IMG/VR virus record: IMGVR_UViG_3300048838_000238
Span: 1-64,000 of that record
Length of the DNA: 64,000 bases
Source of the DNA: a virus
Direction: 5' to 3' (one strand)
The translations under genes were made by a program, and so were the position numbers. How positions within the stretch are numbered: the stretch's first letter is position 1; every line of letters begins with the position of its first letter. Of this stretch, positions 27,113-36,319 are shown piece after piece. The notes below the pieces were generated by a model, which saw nothing but the letters and a program-made list of their open reading frames with translations, had not been told where the DNA came from and did not search any database.

Positions 27113-28708
27113 TCATGCCGCTTGCCCGTAAATCTCTGCCCGCAGTTCGCCGTCCGAGCATTCAGCGGTCAAGATCGTCACGCCGTACATTTCGGCCAGA
27201 TCGGCAACGTGGTCGCGGTTTCCGGGATCAAGGTCTTGCCAAGCGTCTTGGTCCAGAATTAACAATCTGGTGCCGTCGCCTTCCGCCTCTCCGACCGCCT
27301 TGGCGCCGATCCGAATCGCCTCTGTCCAGCGTTCGCCAACCGAGAGCCTCGCAAACGGTTCTTCGCGCTCGTCTCGCTTGACTAACCAGCGCCCGCCAGA
27401 GAATCGCAGGCCGTCGATCTTGACCGCTGCCGAGAGCAAACCATCGGCTTGATCGGCTGCTGTACGCAGGGATGCGGCGACGGCAGCGATGCCGGACGCT
27501 TCCTTTGCCAGCTTATCGGCAGACGCTTTAATCTCTTGAGCTTGCCGAATCTTGTAGCCGACGGATTCGCGCTCCCGAGCGACTGTCAAATCCTGCAAGG
27601 ACTTGTCGAGTTCCTCTTGGCTTGGTCCGGCAATCGTGTTCAGCGTGACGGTATCTTGCAGGGCCGCGATCGACGCCTCGGTTTCTTCGGCGCGCAGCAC
27701 GCGCTGTTCGGCCATCTTGCGGCGCGATTCAGCTTCGGCAAGCTGTTCCTTCGCCAATTGCAGCGAGGCTTCCGCCGCCTTCACGAGGTCTTGAAAGCCC
27801 GTCACTTCCTCTGCGGTTCTGGCCAAAACGGCTTTCTCGGCGTCCAGGGAAAGCCCGGTCGCCGCGCGATGTACCTTGAGCTTTTCAAGTTCTTCCTGTG
27901 CGGCCTTCGCGGCTTGCGATTGCCGCTCGGCAGACCGCCGCTGCTCGTCCAGGCTCGTGTGACGCTTCAGCGCCGCTTCCACGTCCCGTTGGAGTTCTTC
28001 GCGGTCCCACTCCTGAGTCAGGTCAAGGTTGCCAGCGTTGGCCATGTCCTGTTGCGTCCGTGCCGCGTCGGCCTTGGCTTTGGCGTCTTTCTCTTGACGC
28101 AGCGCAGCCTGCTGAACCGCCCTCTTGAACATCGCATTGATCGTCACGAGGTCGCCAGCCTCTTCGGCGGCTGCCAGTGCTTCGGCATCCACCAAATCGG
28201 TAGCAGCTTTTGGGATCAATTCGCGGAACCGCTCGAAGGGCACCGATGCGCCGGTGATCTGGACCAACGCCAAGAGCCGCTTAGCGTCCGCCGCTTCCGG
28301 GTCAATCAACCCAGGATCGACGATGGTGCTCAAGTCAAAGCGGTCCTCGATATGCACGACTTCCAGTTCTTCCGGTCGCGCGCCGCTGTGCCGAACCTGT
28401 TTGGCAATCGTGGTCCGGCCGCCGAAGGCTTCGACGTAGCCGGTCCCGAGCGAGTCGTTGGCCGTGAGGCTGGTGACTTTCATCCCTAGTCGCGTTCGGA
28501 CGGCATTCAAGCAGGTTGTCTTGCCAGAGCCGTTTTTGCCCTTCAAGACCACGACGCAGCCTTTCTCAGGGATCGGAATCGTGCGGTGGGTAACGAGCCC
28601 CAGGCCGTCGATTTCAATGACGGAAGTTGTGCCGACGTTTGGTAACGTCGGCTGTTGCTTTGAGTTTTTCTTCTTGGTGCTCGCACCGTTCGTTGTGGAC
28701 GTTGCCAT
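27113..28708 (-). CDS. SMC/Rad50-like ATPase
   Basis: Walker A GKNGSGKT, long coiled coil, signature LSVGER, Walker B LLILDQD. Confidence 0.85.
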   Translation of the reverse strand: MATSTTNGASTKKKNSKQQPTLPNVGTTSVIEIDGLGLVTHRTIPIPEKGCVVVLKGKNGSGKTTCLNAVRTRLGMKVTSLTANDSLGTGYVEAFGGRTTIAKQVRHSGARPEELEVVHIEDRFDLSTIVDPGLIDPEAADAKRLLALVQITGASVPFERFRELIPKAATDLVDAEALAAAEEAGDLVTINAMFKRAVQQAALRQEKDAKAKADAARTQQDMANAGNLDLTQEWDREELQRDVEAALKRHTSLDEQRRSAERQSQAAKAAQEELEKLKVHRAATGLSLDAEKAVLARTAEEVTGFQDLVKAAEASLQLAKEQLAEAESRRKMAEQRVLRAEETEASIAALQDTVTLNTIAGPSQEELDKSLQDLTVARERESVGYKIRQAQEIKASADKLAKEASGIAAVAASLRTAADQADGLLSAAVKIDGLRFSGGRWLVKRDEREEPFARLSVGERWTEAIRIGAKAVGEAEGDGTRLLILDQDAWQDLDPGNRDHVADLAEMYGVTILTAECSDGELRAEIYGQAA

Positions 28709-28941
28709 TAGGCGGCCTCCTGAGTAGGTGATGGAAGTGGGGATACAGTTGGTACTTGGGATTCGGTTGGTGTTTGGTCGGCGCTGGCCCGCTTATCGGT
28801 CACGCCGGGACGGCGCACGGGAACGTCCCGTGGTGCCGTGATCGACACACTCGATGAGCTGTGGCTGCGCCGTGTGATAACGACCGTCGCGCTGCCAATT
28901 TGGAGCTTCTCGCCGTCCTTGATGGTTAAGACCAATGCCAT
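28708..28941 (-). CDS. CsrA/RsmA-like protein
   Basis: MALVLTIKDGEKLQIG.ATVVI....VSITAPRDVPVRR follows the CsrA pattern. Confidence 0.7.
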   Translation of the reverse strand: MALVLTIKDGEKLQIGSATVVITRRSHSSSSVSITAPRDVPVRRPGVTDKRASADQTPTESQVPTVSPLPSPTQEAA

Positions 28942-28974
28942 GATTTGGATTCCTTCCAAAGCTTGAAGTGGGTA

Positions 28975-29022
28975 CTATATCTACACGATATAGGCTGTTC
29001 GCCGCAAGTCGGAATATCTTGG
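28975..29022 (-). promoter_or_regulatory. Promoter (28996-29022) plus perfect operator (28975-28993)
   Basis: CCAA-N15-GGCGAACA; ctatatc-tacac-gatatag. Confidence 0.8.
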
Positions 29023-29023
29023 A

Positions 29024-30157
29024 CTACTTTTTGGCGAGAACTTCTTGCTTCGCCGAAATCGCCCTCAAAGTGAGTTCTCGGCACTGACTATCAGACCAGT
29101 CTGTACGAGCCGCTAACGCTAGAGACAGCACGGCGTCAGCGGTTTTAGCCGCGCGGATCGTTCCGAACTTGCGCATCCAGTCGGCGAACGCGGCATCTCG
29201 CTCCGCATCGGCAAGCTGCTCTGGAGTCTCGCTATCGCCGACGGGCGAATTGGAAGCCGCAACTTCCCCGGTGACTTCCGGGGTAGCTTCGGTGGCAACC
29301 TGCTGGGTATCCTGCTGCGCAGCAAGATCGACCGCATCCGCGCTCACCTGACCATCCATCGTGCTGAAAGATCCGAACATCGCAGCGACGTCTTGATCGG
29401 TCAGGTCGCGACCAGCGCTGTGCAGATTGTCGGCCACTTCGTCTGCTGACCACGGAACGGAATCGGGAACATCCTCGACGAACGGATCGTCGTCGTTCTC
29501 GCGGATCGAACCGTCGCTCTGAGTCGCTGCCGCTTCGCCGGCCACGCCGCCGCCAGACGCGCCGCCAGATACCTCCTGCCGCCTGATAATGATCTTAGCC
29601 TCTTCCTCGGTCACGACGTTGCCGCCCAACGGCATAAACAGCCTTGCGCAATGCCGAAACGAAAAGTTCCCGAGCATGTGGACCGGCATCTTCTCGGTCC
29701 ACATCCCGGCTATCGCTTCGTACTCTGTACGGTAGGCGCGATAGGCGGCCGGATACTTGCGGTGCTTGCTGTAGATCCGCGTCTCGACACAGACCACGTC
29801 GCCGTCTGAGTCGGTGCGATGGAGCTGCCGGAAGCCGTCGTAATGATCGCAGCGGTCCAGAATCTTAACCCAGCCGTCGATCGTGACGACTGCTAGAGTC
29901 CGCCCTTCCGGCGTCCGCTTGACGTAGATTTCCCGCGCTATCGGGTCCAAGTCGAACTTCGCGATCAGCGCGATCCCTTGATTCAGCTCTTGATCGGTTA
30001 GCTCTGGCCCGTCGGATACCCATAGATCGCGCAGGTATTCGTAGACTGCTTCCGGCTTTACTCCGAGCACTTCGGCGGCATCGGTCAGCCATTTTTGGCG
30101 AGGGCTCTTGTCTTTTGCGGGGACTGCTTTGGCAGCCGCCGGTGTTTTTTGAATCAC
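29024..30157 (-). CDS. Bet/RecT-family single-strand annealing protein
   Basis: KFDLDPIAREIY...VVTIDGWVKI...YDGF...W..MPVHML...RHCARL. Confidence 0.85.
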   Translation of the reverse strand: MIQKTPAAAKAVPAKDKSPRQKWLTDAAEVLGVKPEAVYEYLRDLWVSDGPELTDQELNQGIALIAKFDLDPIAREIYVKRTPEGRTLAVVTIDGWVKILDRCDHYDGFRQLHRTDSDGDVVCVETRIYSKHRKYPAAYRAYRTEYEAIAGMWTEKMPVHMLGNFSFRHCARLFMPLGGNVVTEEEAKIIIRRQEVSGGASGGGVAGEAAATQSDGSIRENDDDPFVEDVPDSVPWSADEVADNLHSAGRDLTDQDVAAMFGSFSTMDGQVSADAVDLAAQQDTQQVATEATPEVTGEVAASNSPVGDSETPEQLADAERDAAFADWMRKFGTIRAAKTADAVLSLALAARTDWSDSQCRELTLRAISAKQEVLAKK

Positions 30158-30170
30158 GGCTATTGTCCTT

Positions 30171-30581
30171 TTACTGATTTGGTGGATTCGCAGCAAAGCA
30201 AACGCGCGTCACGTAGATCGAGACGCACTTCTGCGTCTCGTCGTCTTCGATCACAGCGACCGGGAACAACGCGACTTCCTCACCGCCACCGTTTGGCTGG
30301 TCAAAGTCGGTTCCCCACATTCGCAGAATTCCGCCGCGCCACTTCTGCGGTGGAATGGACGGCCCCGCTGGCTGATACCAACACGCCGATCCGATGCGAT
30401 TGGGATTCGACCACAAGGCGTCTCTCGTCACCGACACCCAGGAAGCGAACGCCTCCACAGCTTGTTGAAAGCGATCCACGTCCGACGTGAGCTGACTTGA
30501 TCCGCCAAACCTTTCCATCGCATGTTGCAGCGAGTAAGCCGCTCTTTCAAACGATTCGGAGTTCAAAATCGGATTGTTCAT
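30171..30581 (-). CDS. Hypothetical protein
   Basis: WGTDFD...FPVAVIEDDETQ motif. Confidence 0.55.
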   Translation of the reverse strand: MNNPILNSESFERAAYSLQHAMERFGGSSQLTSDVDRFQQAVEAFASWVSVTRDALWSNPNRIGSACWYQPAGPSIPPQKWRGGILRMWGTDFDQPNGGGEEVALFPVAVIEDDETQKCVSIYVTRVCFAANPPNQ

Positions 30582-30598
30582 GATGGTTCATTTCCTGG

Positions 30599-30646
30599 TT
30601 ATGTCATCTCGATATAGGTCATTCGCCGGTCGCGATTGAATCTTGG
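30599..30646 (-). promoter_or_regulatory. Promoter (30620-30646) plus operator (30599-30617)
   Basis: CCAA-N15-GGCGAATG; ttatgtc-atctc-gatatag. Confidence 0.8.
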
Positions 30647-30654
30647 GATTCATT

Positions 30655-31095
30655 TTAGAAGGGAATGTCCTCGTCCGGCGGCCCGTCGTAAGCAGCCGGT
30701 TCGTCCTGCATTTCTCCGCGATCGCTGCGAGAAGATCCGTTCGACTGCCCCTGTCCGCTGCCGTCCCTCTTACCGCCAAGGAGTTGCAGCCGCTCGCCGA
30801 TAACCTTTAGTTTCGACCGCTTCTGGCCGTCAGATTCCCACTGATCGAACTTGAGCTTGCCTTCTATAAAGACAGGGTCGCCTTTGCGCAGATACTCGTT
30901 TGCGATCTCTGCGGTGCGAGCAAAAAGAGAAACGTCGACAAACACGGTCGACTCTACCCACTCACCTTGCTTGTTCTTATACCTCTCGTTGATCGCTAGA
31001 CCGATCTCAGCAACGGCGGTCCCGCTTTGAAGATACTTCAGCGTGATATCACGGGTGACATTCCCCATAATAGCCACTCGGTTGTACGACGGCAT
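30655..31095 (-). CDS. ssb: Single-stranded DNA-binding protein
   Basis: [13 protein letters not shown]...[14 protein letters not shown]...C-terminal DEDIPF. Confidence 0.97.
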   Translation of the reverse strand: MPSYNRVAIMGNVTRDITLKYLQSGTAVAEIGLAINERYKNKQGEWVESTVFVDVSLFARTAEIANEYLRKGDPVFIEGKLKFDQWESDGQKRSKLKVIGERLQLLGGKRDGSGQGQSNGSSRSDRGEMQDEPAAYDGPPDEDIPF

Positions 31096-31149
31096 ACGAT
31101 TTCCTTTCTGAAATAACGGGCGTAACTTCCTGTACGAAGCGATCAAATC

Positions 31150-31923
31150 TTAAGATTCAAGAACCTCGGTTATCAGGTACTGAGACTCTGACATTTGAGT
31201 CAGCACAGATTCAACGGCGAGACAATCCAGTCGCGAATCATCTGGCGTCCGAACCCATGTTTCCATGTCGATCCATATCCTTGCATCGCCAGCGGCAGCG
31301 GCAATGAGCGGCAGTTGCCTTGATAGATTCTTTGGCCCGAGACCGCCGGCGTATCCGCAGTAAGCTGGTTGCTCCACGCCTTCGCCATGCTCTCCAGGAA
31401 ACACGTCGATCATTTCCGGTTTCGGCCACTGCTTGGGAACGATGCCAGCGCCGCCGCTAACATCGAACAGCACGAAGCATCTCTCGAAGTCGTTTTCCAT
31501 CGCCGCTTCCATGTGCTTGTTGCCGGTCGCGCCGTCGAACTGGAAAATGAAGTCCTTGCCTTTGATGGTGTCCAATGCACTCGCGAACGCCTTGCCATCG
31601 CAGCGCGTCCGTTCGGCGTGAAAGTTCAGTTGCACGCGAGTGAAGCAATCCAGAAGACTTGGTGGAATCGCAAGTTCTCCGACAAGTAATTGCCGCACCC
31701 ATCGGCCACAAAGGTGAAGCGAAAGCGGCAAGCCGCCTCTTGCTATCGCGACCCCCTGTAGATCAGTGATCCACCTTGGCGACGGAAAGCGGTAGCGTCC
31801 CTGACTCGATTCAGAAGCCAAAATTCCCCACTCAACAAACGGGAATCGTTCCGTCATCCTCACAAGCCACTCGATGTCAGTTGAGTCGTCCGCTCCGGTG
31901 ATTGTTACTCGGTCAATTTTCAT
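31150..31923 (-). CDS. PRAI-like TIM-barrel phage protein of unknown function
   Basis: TITGADD, FVEWGIL, SLHLCG, RVQLN, FDVSGGAG, GYAGGLGP, WIDMET. Confidence 0.65.
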   Translation of the reverse strand: MKIDRVTITGADDSTDIEWLVRMTERFPFVEWGILASESSQGRYRFPSPRWITDLQGVAIARGGLPLSLHLCGRWVRQLLVGELAIPPSLLDCFTRVQLNFHAERTRCDGKAFASALDTIKGKDFIFQFDGATGNKHMEAAMENDFERCFVLFDVSGGAGIVPKQWPKPEMIDVFPGEHGEGVEQPAYCGYAGGLGPKNLSRQLPLIAAAAGDARIWIDMETWVRTPDDSRLDCLAVESVLTQMSESQYLITEVLES

Positions 31924-31955
31924 AACTCTCAGGCTCCTTGTTGAACTTTCTGTTA

Positions 31956-32366
31956 TCAATCCCACTCTTGTCCGAACCCATCGAATGTTTCCACGATCGT
32001 CCCAGTCGCGCCTTCGCCGCCGGGAAGCTGCGTTCTGAATTTGCAACCAGCCACATCAAATCCTGAACCTGCCGCGTATTCGGCAAAGAGTTCGATCGCA
32101 GAGTGAAGTTGCATCTCTAGGATCTGCTGGTCGCATTCGTCGAAGGCGGCGATATTGCCATTGGCGTACAGCATCATCTCGGCAATGCGCCGACCGTTAG
32201 GAACGTCGCTATGCTCTTGCTCTGGAGGTGGCATCTCACCTAGCAGTTCGTCTATTTGTGCCTTGCAATCCTCGATTGAACTCCCCTGACCGCACCGTCG
32301 GTCTTCAGGTCCGTCGTAGTCGCGAGGTGCGTCTTTAACCTCATATTCCAGATAGTCCATGTTCAC
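31956..32366 (-). CDS. Hypothetical protein
   Basis: 136-aa acidic ORF with GTGA overlap. Confidence 0.5.
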   Translation of the reverse strand: MNMDYLEYEVKDAPRDYDGPEDRRCGQGSSIEDCKAQIDELLGEMPPPEQEHSDVPNGRRIAEMMLYANGNIAAFDECDQQILEMQLHSAIELFAEYAAGSGFDVAGCKFRTQLPGGEGATGTIVETFDGFGQEWD

Positions 32367-33118
32367 GCGGCCTTTACAAATTGAGGGTATTTTTCGGCGA
32401 TCTCACGCAACGCTCGTTCGCGCTCCGCTTCGGCGCGACGCCGCTCATGCAGCAAAGACGAGTAGGTTCGCGCCACATACGGATCTGACGACTGAACAAC
32501 TAGAAACCGATGCACAGGTTGAACTCGGTATTGCTGCCTCACACCTTCGCAGTAATGAACCTCTTGAATGCCATAGCCGAAATCGCGGTAGTGCTTTGAG
32601 AACACGTAGGCGATGTTGCGGTGGATTGTTTTCAAGTCCAGGACCAGTACGCGGCCTTCGCGGAAGATCAACTTATCGGGGCGGCATTTCAGCCAGAGCC
32701 CTGTCGCGGTGTGCCGCCACTTGATCGTCGTCTCAACTGGTCCGGGATCGCGCAGCCAGTCGCCGGCCTTCTTGAACAGCGAGTCGGACATCCTCCGCAC
32801 CGCTTCTAGTTCGTTGGACCGCAAGAGAAGCATGTCCGGGTTATCTGCGCGGAACGCATCCCAGACCTTGCCGCGACGGCTCTTGATGTACGGCGGAATC
32901 TCGCGAACAGTCTCTTTGAATTTAGCCGTTTCAAGAACTCTCGTGTGCGTAGCCGTGCCGATATCCAAGTAGCCTTTGCGCGGTTCGCGCTCCTTGCCTC
33001 CGAGTATCCACTTGTCGTGGAACTCAGTAGGTTTGAACAGGTAGTCCGAGAGCATCGAAGCGCTGATCGCGGTTCGATCGGCGTGGTACTGTTCGTTGGT
33101 GACGTTTTCGATTATCAC
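32363..33118 (-). CDS. RecE/exonuclease VIII-like PD-(D/E)xK nuclease (DUF3799)
   Basis: NEQYHAD..ISASML, GTATH..VLE, KCRPD, DLKT, YGIQ..HY. Confidence 0.88.
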   Translation of the reverse strand: MIIENVTNEQYHADRTAISASMLSDYLFKPTEFHDKWILGGKEREPRKGYLDIGTATHTRVLETAKFKETVREIPPYIKSRRGKVWDAFRADNPDMLLLRSNELEAVRRMSDSLFKKAGDWLRDPGPVETTIKWRHTATGLWLKCRPDKLIFREGRVLVLDLKTIHRNIAYVFSKHYRDFGYGIQEVHYCEGVRQQYRVQPVHRFLVVQSSDPYVARTYSSLLHERRRAEAERERALREIAEKYPQFVKAA

Positions 33119-33798
33119 GCTTCCACCGCCGTTTGCATTAACTCGCCGTCCGCCATTCTTCGCAGCCGCTCTCCGAGAATCGGCAACTCGTCTCTGATTC
33201 GCATGGCAACGTAGCACTGCGAACATCCGACTTGTTTTGCAATATCAACGAACGTCCAGTCGTACCGGAATCGAAGATCGATCATCGTGCGCATTGGTTC
33301 GCTAAGCGAAAGCAAAAGCCGATCAAAGCTATCTTCATCTTCCAAGACTTGCCTGTCGTACTCGCAGCCTTCGTCGGCGTAATCTTGCAAGATGGTCCAC
33401 TGCTGACCGCTGGTGCCTTGTACCTGATCGATGGAGGCGGTTTTCTGAAAGACTGCCATCGCTTCTTCGCGAGAAGCGATTCCCTTTGGCCGGCGGCAGC
33501 CGCTCGGAACCAGTTCGCGCAGAAAGTCCGCCACCGCACCATCGATCTGACCCGTCAAGAACGTCGACACCGTGCCGCTTTCGCGCCGGTATCGGTCGAT
33601 CGCGCCCAGTAACCTGATAACCACAACCTGCGATGCGTCATTTATGTTGTCGCCGAAGACGCGACGCGCTGCGCGATAGCGAATCGTCGGCCACCAGTAT
33701 TGAATCAGTTGATCGCGAGCTTGCATGTCGCCGGCCTGCGCCTTGAGGATAAGATCAAGATCCCGATCTGCGTTTGACTTGATCTTCTCTTTCGCCAT
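33115..33798 (-). CDS. Sigma70-family sigma factor, FliA/WhiG-like
   Basis: AQAGDMQARDQLI, LLGAIDRYRRESGTVSTFL..QIDGAVADFLR (region 2), LSEPMRTMIDLRF...TFVDIAKQVGCSQCYV (region 4). Confidence 0.85.
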   Translation of the reverse strand: MAKEKIKSNADRDLDLILKAQAGDMQARDQLIQYWWPTIRYRAARRVFGDNINDASQVVVIRLLGAIDRYRRESGTVSTFLTGQIDGAVADFLRELVPSGCRRPKGIASREEAMAVFQKTASIDQVQGTSGQQWTILQDYADEGCEYDRQVLEDEDSFDRLLLSLSEPMRTMIDLRFRYDWTFVDIAKQVGCSQCYVAMRIRDELPILGERLRRMADGELMQTAVEA

Positions 33799-33857
33799 CA
33801 CACTTCCTTGCAGGCAACAGGCACGCTTTCCTGCGCGAGCCACGATGAAATAAAACG

Positions 33858-34046
33858 CTATGCGGCGCGACGCCATCCGCGCCGCATAGCGAGAAGAGAA
33901 CTACCGCCCTCTTGCGAATCCTTCCATCGCCGATTGACAGTCCATGAGACACGCGCCATCCGGTTCCCTCCGCGCGCTTCGGCGATTCCACTTAACAGGA
34001 CAGAAGTCTTGGTCGCGCTCCTTGCGGTTTCTCGGTCAGTTTCCAT
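33858..34046 (-). CDS. Hypothetical basic protein
   Basis: 62-aa ORF between the promoters and the sigma gene. Confidence 0.3.
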   Translation of the reverse strand: METDRETARSATKTSVLLSGIAEARGGNRMARVSWTVNRRWKDSQEGGSSLLAMRRGWRRAA

Positions 34047-34080
34047 ACTCGTCTGCCGACTCCCGTCCCGTGTTCCAATG

Positions 34081-34204
34081 CTATGTCAGTGTGATATAGG
34101 CTATTCGCAGCGACTCGGGGAATCTTGGATTGAGTTTTCAGGAATTTCCCTATATCAAGGTGACATAGCTTACGAACTATTCGCTGCGCGTCAACATATC
34201 TTTG
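34081..34204 (-). promoter_or_regulatory. Tandem promoters (34102-34128, 34178-34204) and operators (34081-34099, 34150-34168) upstream of the sigma/recombination operon
   Basis: CCAA-N15-TGCGAATA and CAAA-N15-AGCGAATA; ctatgtc-agtgt-gatatag and ctatatc-aaggt-gacatag. Confidence 0.8.
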
Positions 34205-34228
34205 GTCGAACTTGCAAGATTGCGGTTT

Positions 34229-35359
34229 TTATTCTTGAACAGCCGCGCCGAACAGCCATCCGCGAACGTGATCGGCGACAGCGCGCAACCGCCGATCTTC
34301 AATGTTCTCGCGATACATGCCTGATATCGTGTTGTCCGAATGCCCCATGATGGCGCGAGTCGACAAGTAATCGCCGTGCTGGTCGCCGATCGTCTGGAAG
34401 CCGTGACGTAATGCGTAGAAGCCGCGATTCGCCTCATAGACATCTTGGGACACGCAGAGCTTTTTGAACTCCGCCGACAAAGGATTTGCTTTGGAATCGG
34501 TGAACCAGCATTGGCCGCGCTTCGTGCGGAACACCAGCGGATCGGTGTCGGACTTGCGTGATTCGAGCGCCGCCTGCAACGCCCCGACTGTCTCGGGCCA
34601 CAATGGGCAGCGCCGCGCAATCCCGGTCTTCGGCCTCGGGTAGTCGATCCAGCCGTTTTGCATGTCAAGAGCGCTCACCGGAAGTTGCCCGCAGTCCCCG
34701 TTCCCGAACCCGCAGTTGATCGCTAGCAGGATCATGGCTTTCATCTGGACGTCGGCGGCAGCGATCAGCTTGCGAATCTCGACTGCGTTGAACAGTTTGC
34801 TTCCGGCCTTAGCCTTTTCGCGCCTGGTGACCCTCTTGGCAGGCCGTTTGAAATCCCCGAACCGGACTGGCTTATCGATCAACCCGTTCTCAAACCCATA
34901 CCTCAGAATCACCCGACAGCGAGTGACTTCGTTCCCTAGACTGGTCGCGTTCATGGTCTTCGACAAGGCGCGGCGGAGCTTCATCAAATCATGCGGCTGC
35001 AACTCCTGAACCACGGATGCCTTACCGAGATGCTCGATCATCCGTTCGCACGACTTGTAGTAGTCGTCATACGTCCGGTGGGCAAGTTCGCCACCGTCAC
35101 GCTTACTCTTCGCGTTCGTCATGAACGAGTTACAGAGCGTCATTAGGTCGCAGGCATCGCCGTCGAAGATCCGTGGTGACCGCCCGGACAGAAGATCGTC
35201 CTTGACGCGCAGCCATTCGGCTAAAGCTTTATCAGGGTCCGTGCCGAAGTAGAAGTCGCGGCCTCGAATCCGCTTGCGATACTGACCGGTCTTGTGGAGT
35301 CCCAACGGGAACTTATCGGCCCGCTTGCCCTTACCTGCTTCCGGATTAGAATTGTCCAT
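34229..35359 (-). CDS. int: Tyrosine integrase
   Basis: Arm-binding YRKRIRGRDFYFG, PRPKTG, FYALRHGF, IMGH, ISGMY; adjacent to a tRNA-derived attP. Confidence 0.92.
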   Translation of the reverse strand: MDNSNPEAGKGKRADKFPLGLHKTGQYRKRIRGRDFYFGTDPDKALAEWLRVKDDLLSGRSPRIFDGDACDLMTLCNSFMTNAKSKRDGGELAHRTYDDYYKSCERMIEHLGKASVVQELQPHDLMKLRRALSKTMNATSLGNEVTRCRVILRYGFENGLIDKPVRFGDFKRPAKRVTRREKAKAGSKLFNAVEIRKLIAAADVQMKAMILLAINCGFGNGDCGQLPVSALDMQNGWIDYPRPKTGIARRCPLWPETVGALQAALESRKSDTDPLVFRTKRGQCWFTDSKANPLSAEFKKLCVSQDVYEANRGFYALRHGFQTIGDQHGDYLSTRAIMGHSDNTISGMYRENIEDRRLRAVADHVRGWLFGAAVQE

Positions 35360-35489
35360 TGTCGACCGCTCGCATGGTAGAAAAGTGGTACTAGGGTAGC
35401 TTTTAGGGTAGCGACAAAAATACCAAGTAGACGTTTTACCTGCAAGACAACGACGAAAACCAATAAAAACAAGCATCAAACGACTTCAT

Positions 35490-35527
35490 TCCCCTGTAGC
35501 TCAGTCGGTAGAGCAGCGGACTGTTAA
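35490..35527 (+). other. attP core: 5' half of tRNA-Asn(GTT)
   Basis: TCCCCTG-TA-GCTCAGTCGGTAGAGC-A-GCGGA-CTGTTAA, then similarity stops; repeats tagggtagc x2 on the left and gaaaagtggta on both sides (arm-site-like). Confidence 0.85.
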
Positions 35528-35640
35528 ACTACTTAGCCGATGAGACAGGCTTGATTTCCCAAGGAAAACGCCTCATCTGGTCTCACCGATCCCGGTCAAA
35601 TCAGTCGAAAAGTGGTAGGCTACCACCGATGAACGACTGT

Positions 35641-35931
35641 TCAGAGTGACGACTGTATGTGATTCAAGATGCGTTCCACATCGGTCCTGTCAAGTCCGAC
35701 CGTCACTTGTATACCGAACAGATACCAACTCTCAATCGGCTGCTTGTTCATTAACCGGCCGTTGAAGTCTCGCGTTATCCGATCGTAAAAGCGAACCCAC
35801 TTTATCGGATAATGACCATTGTGAAACTTCCCCAGTACAAGCACCTCGTCTGATGCTGTCGACATAGGCCGGACAGCGTCTAGTTCGCGCAGCCATTCTG
35901 ACGTTCCACAACATGGGTCGTCCTTAGCCAT
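35641..35931 (-). CDS. Hypothetical protein
   Basis: 96-aa ORF overlapping its upstream neighbour. Confidence 0.5.
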   Translation of the reverse strand: MAKDDPCCGTSEWLRELDAVRPMSTASDEVLVLGKFHNGHYPIKWVRFYDRITRDFNGRLMNKQPIESWYLFGIQVTVGLDRTDVERILNHIQSSL

Positions 35932-36090
35932 TGCGCGACCTCAATCTCTGTACCATGCCTCGTTGCTTGTTGTACGAGTACACCGTGCGGATAATTTCCG
36001 GCAGAGCGTCGATGACTCCGGCCTTCTGCGCCTTTTGGATCAATCGCCGCTTTCTCGCAATATCCAGCCGCTTGACGCTTCGGTGCATGA

Positions 36091-36315
36091 TCACGTCTCC
36101 TTGAGCCAGTTGTTCCGCACGCCGCGCATCCACGAATAAGCGTAGAGGAAGCACAGCGCGAAGATACCCCACTGACCAGCCACCCAGGCCGAGTAGAACC
36201 AGAACGGCTGACCAGCCAGTCCAAAGATACAAGCCCACTTCCGATAGTGCGGTCGCTCATCCTGGCTGAGCCAGATGGCAACTGCGCCGGTCATCGCGAT
36301 GGCGATCTGTTCCAT
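36091..36315 (-). CDS. Small multi-pass membrane protein
   Basis: KWACIFGLAGQPFWFYSA..GQWGIF. Confidence 0.65.
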   Translation of the reverse strand: MEQIAIAMTGAVAIWLSQDERPHYRKWACIFGLAGQPFWFYSAWVAGQWGIFALCFLYAYSWMRGVRNNWLKET

Positions 36316-36319
36316 AGCC

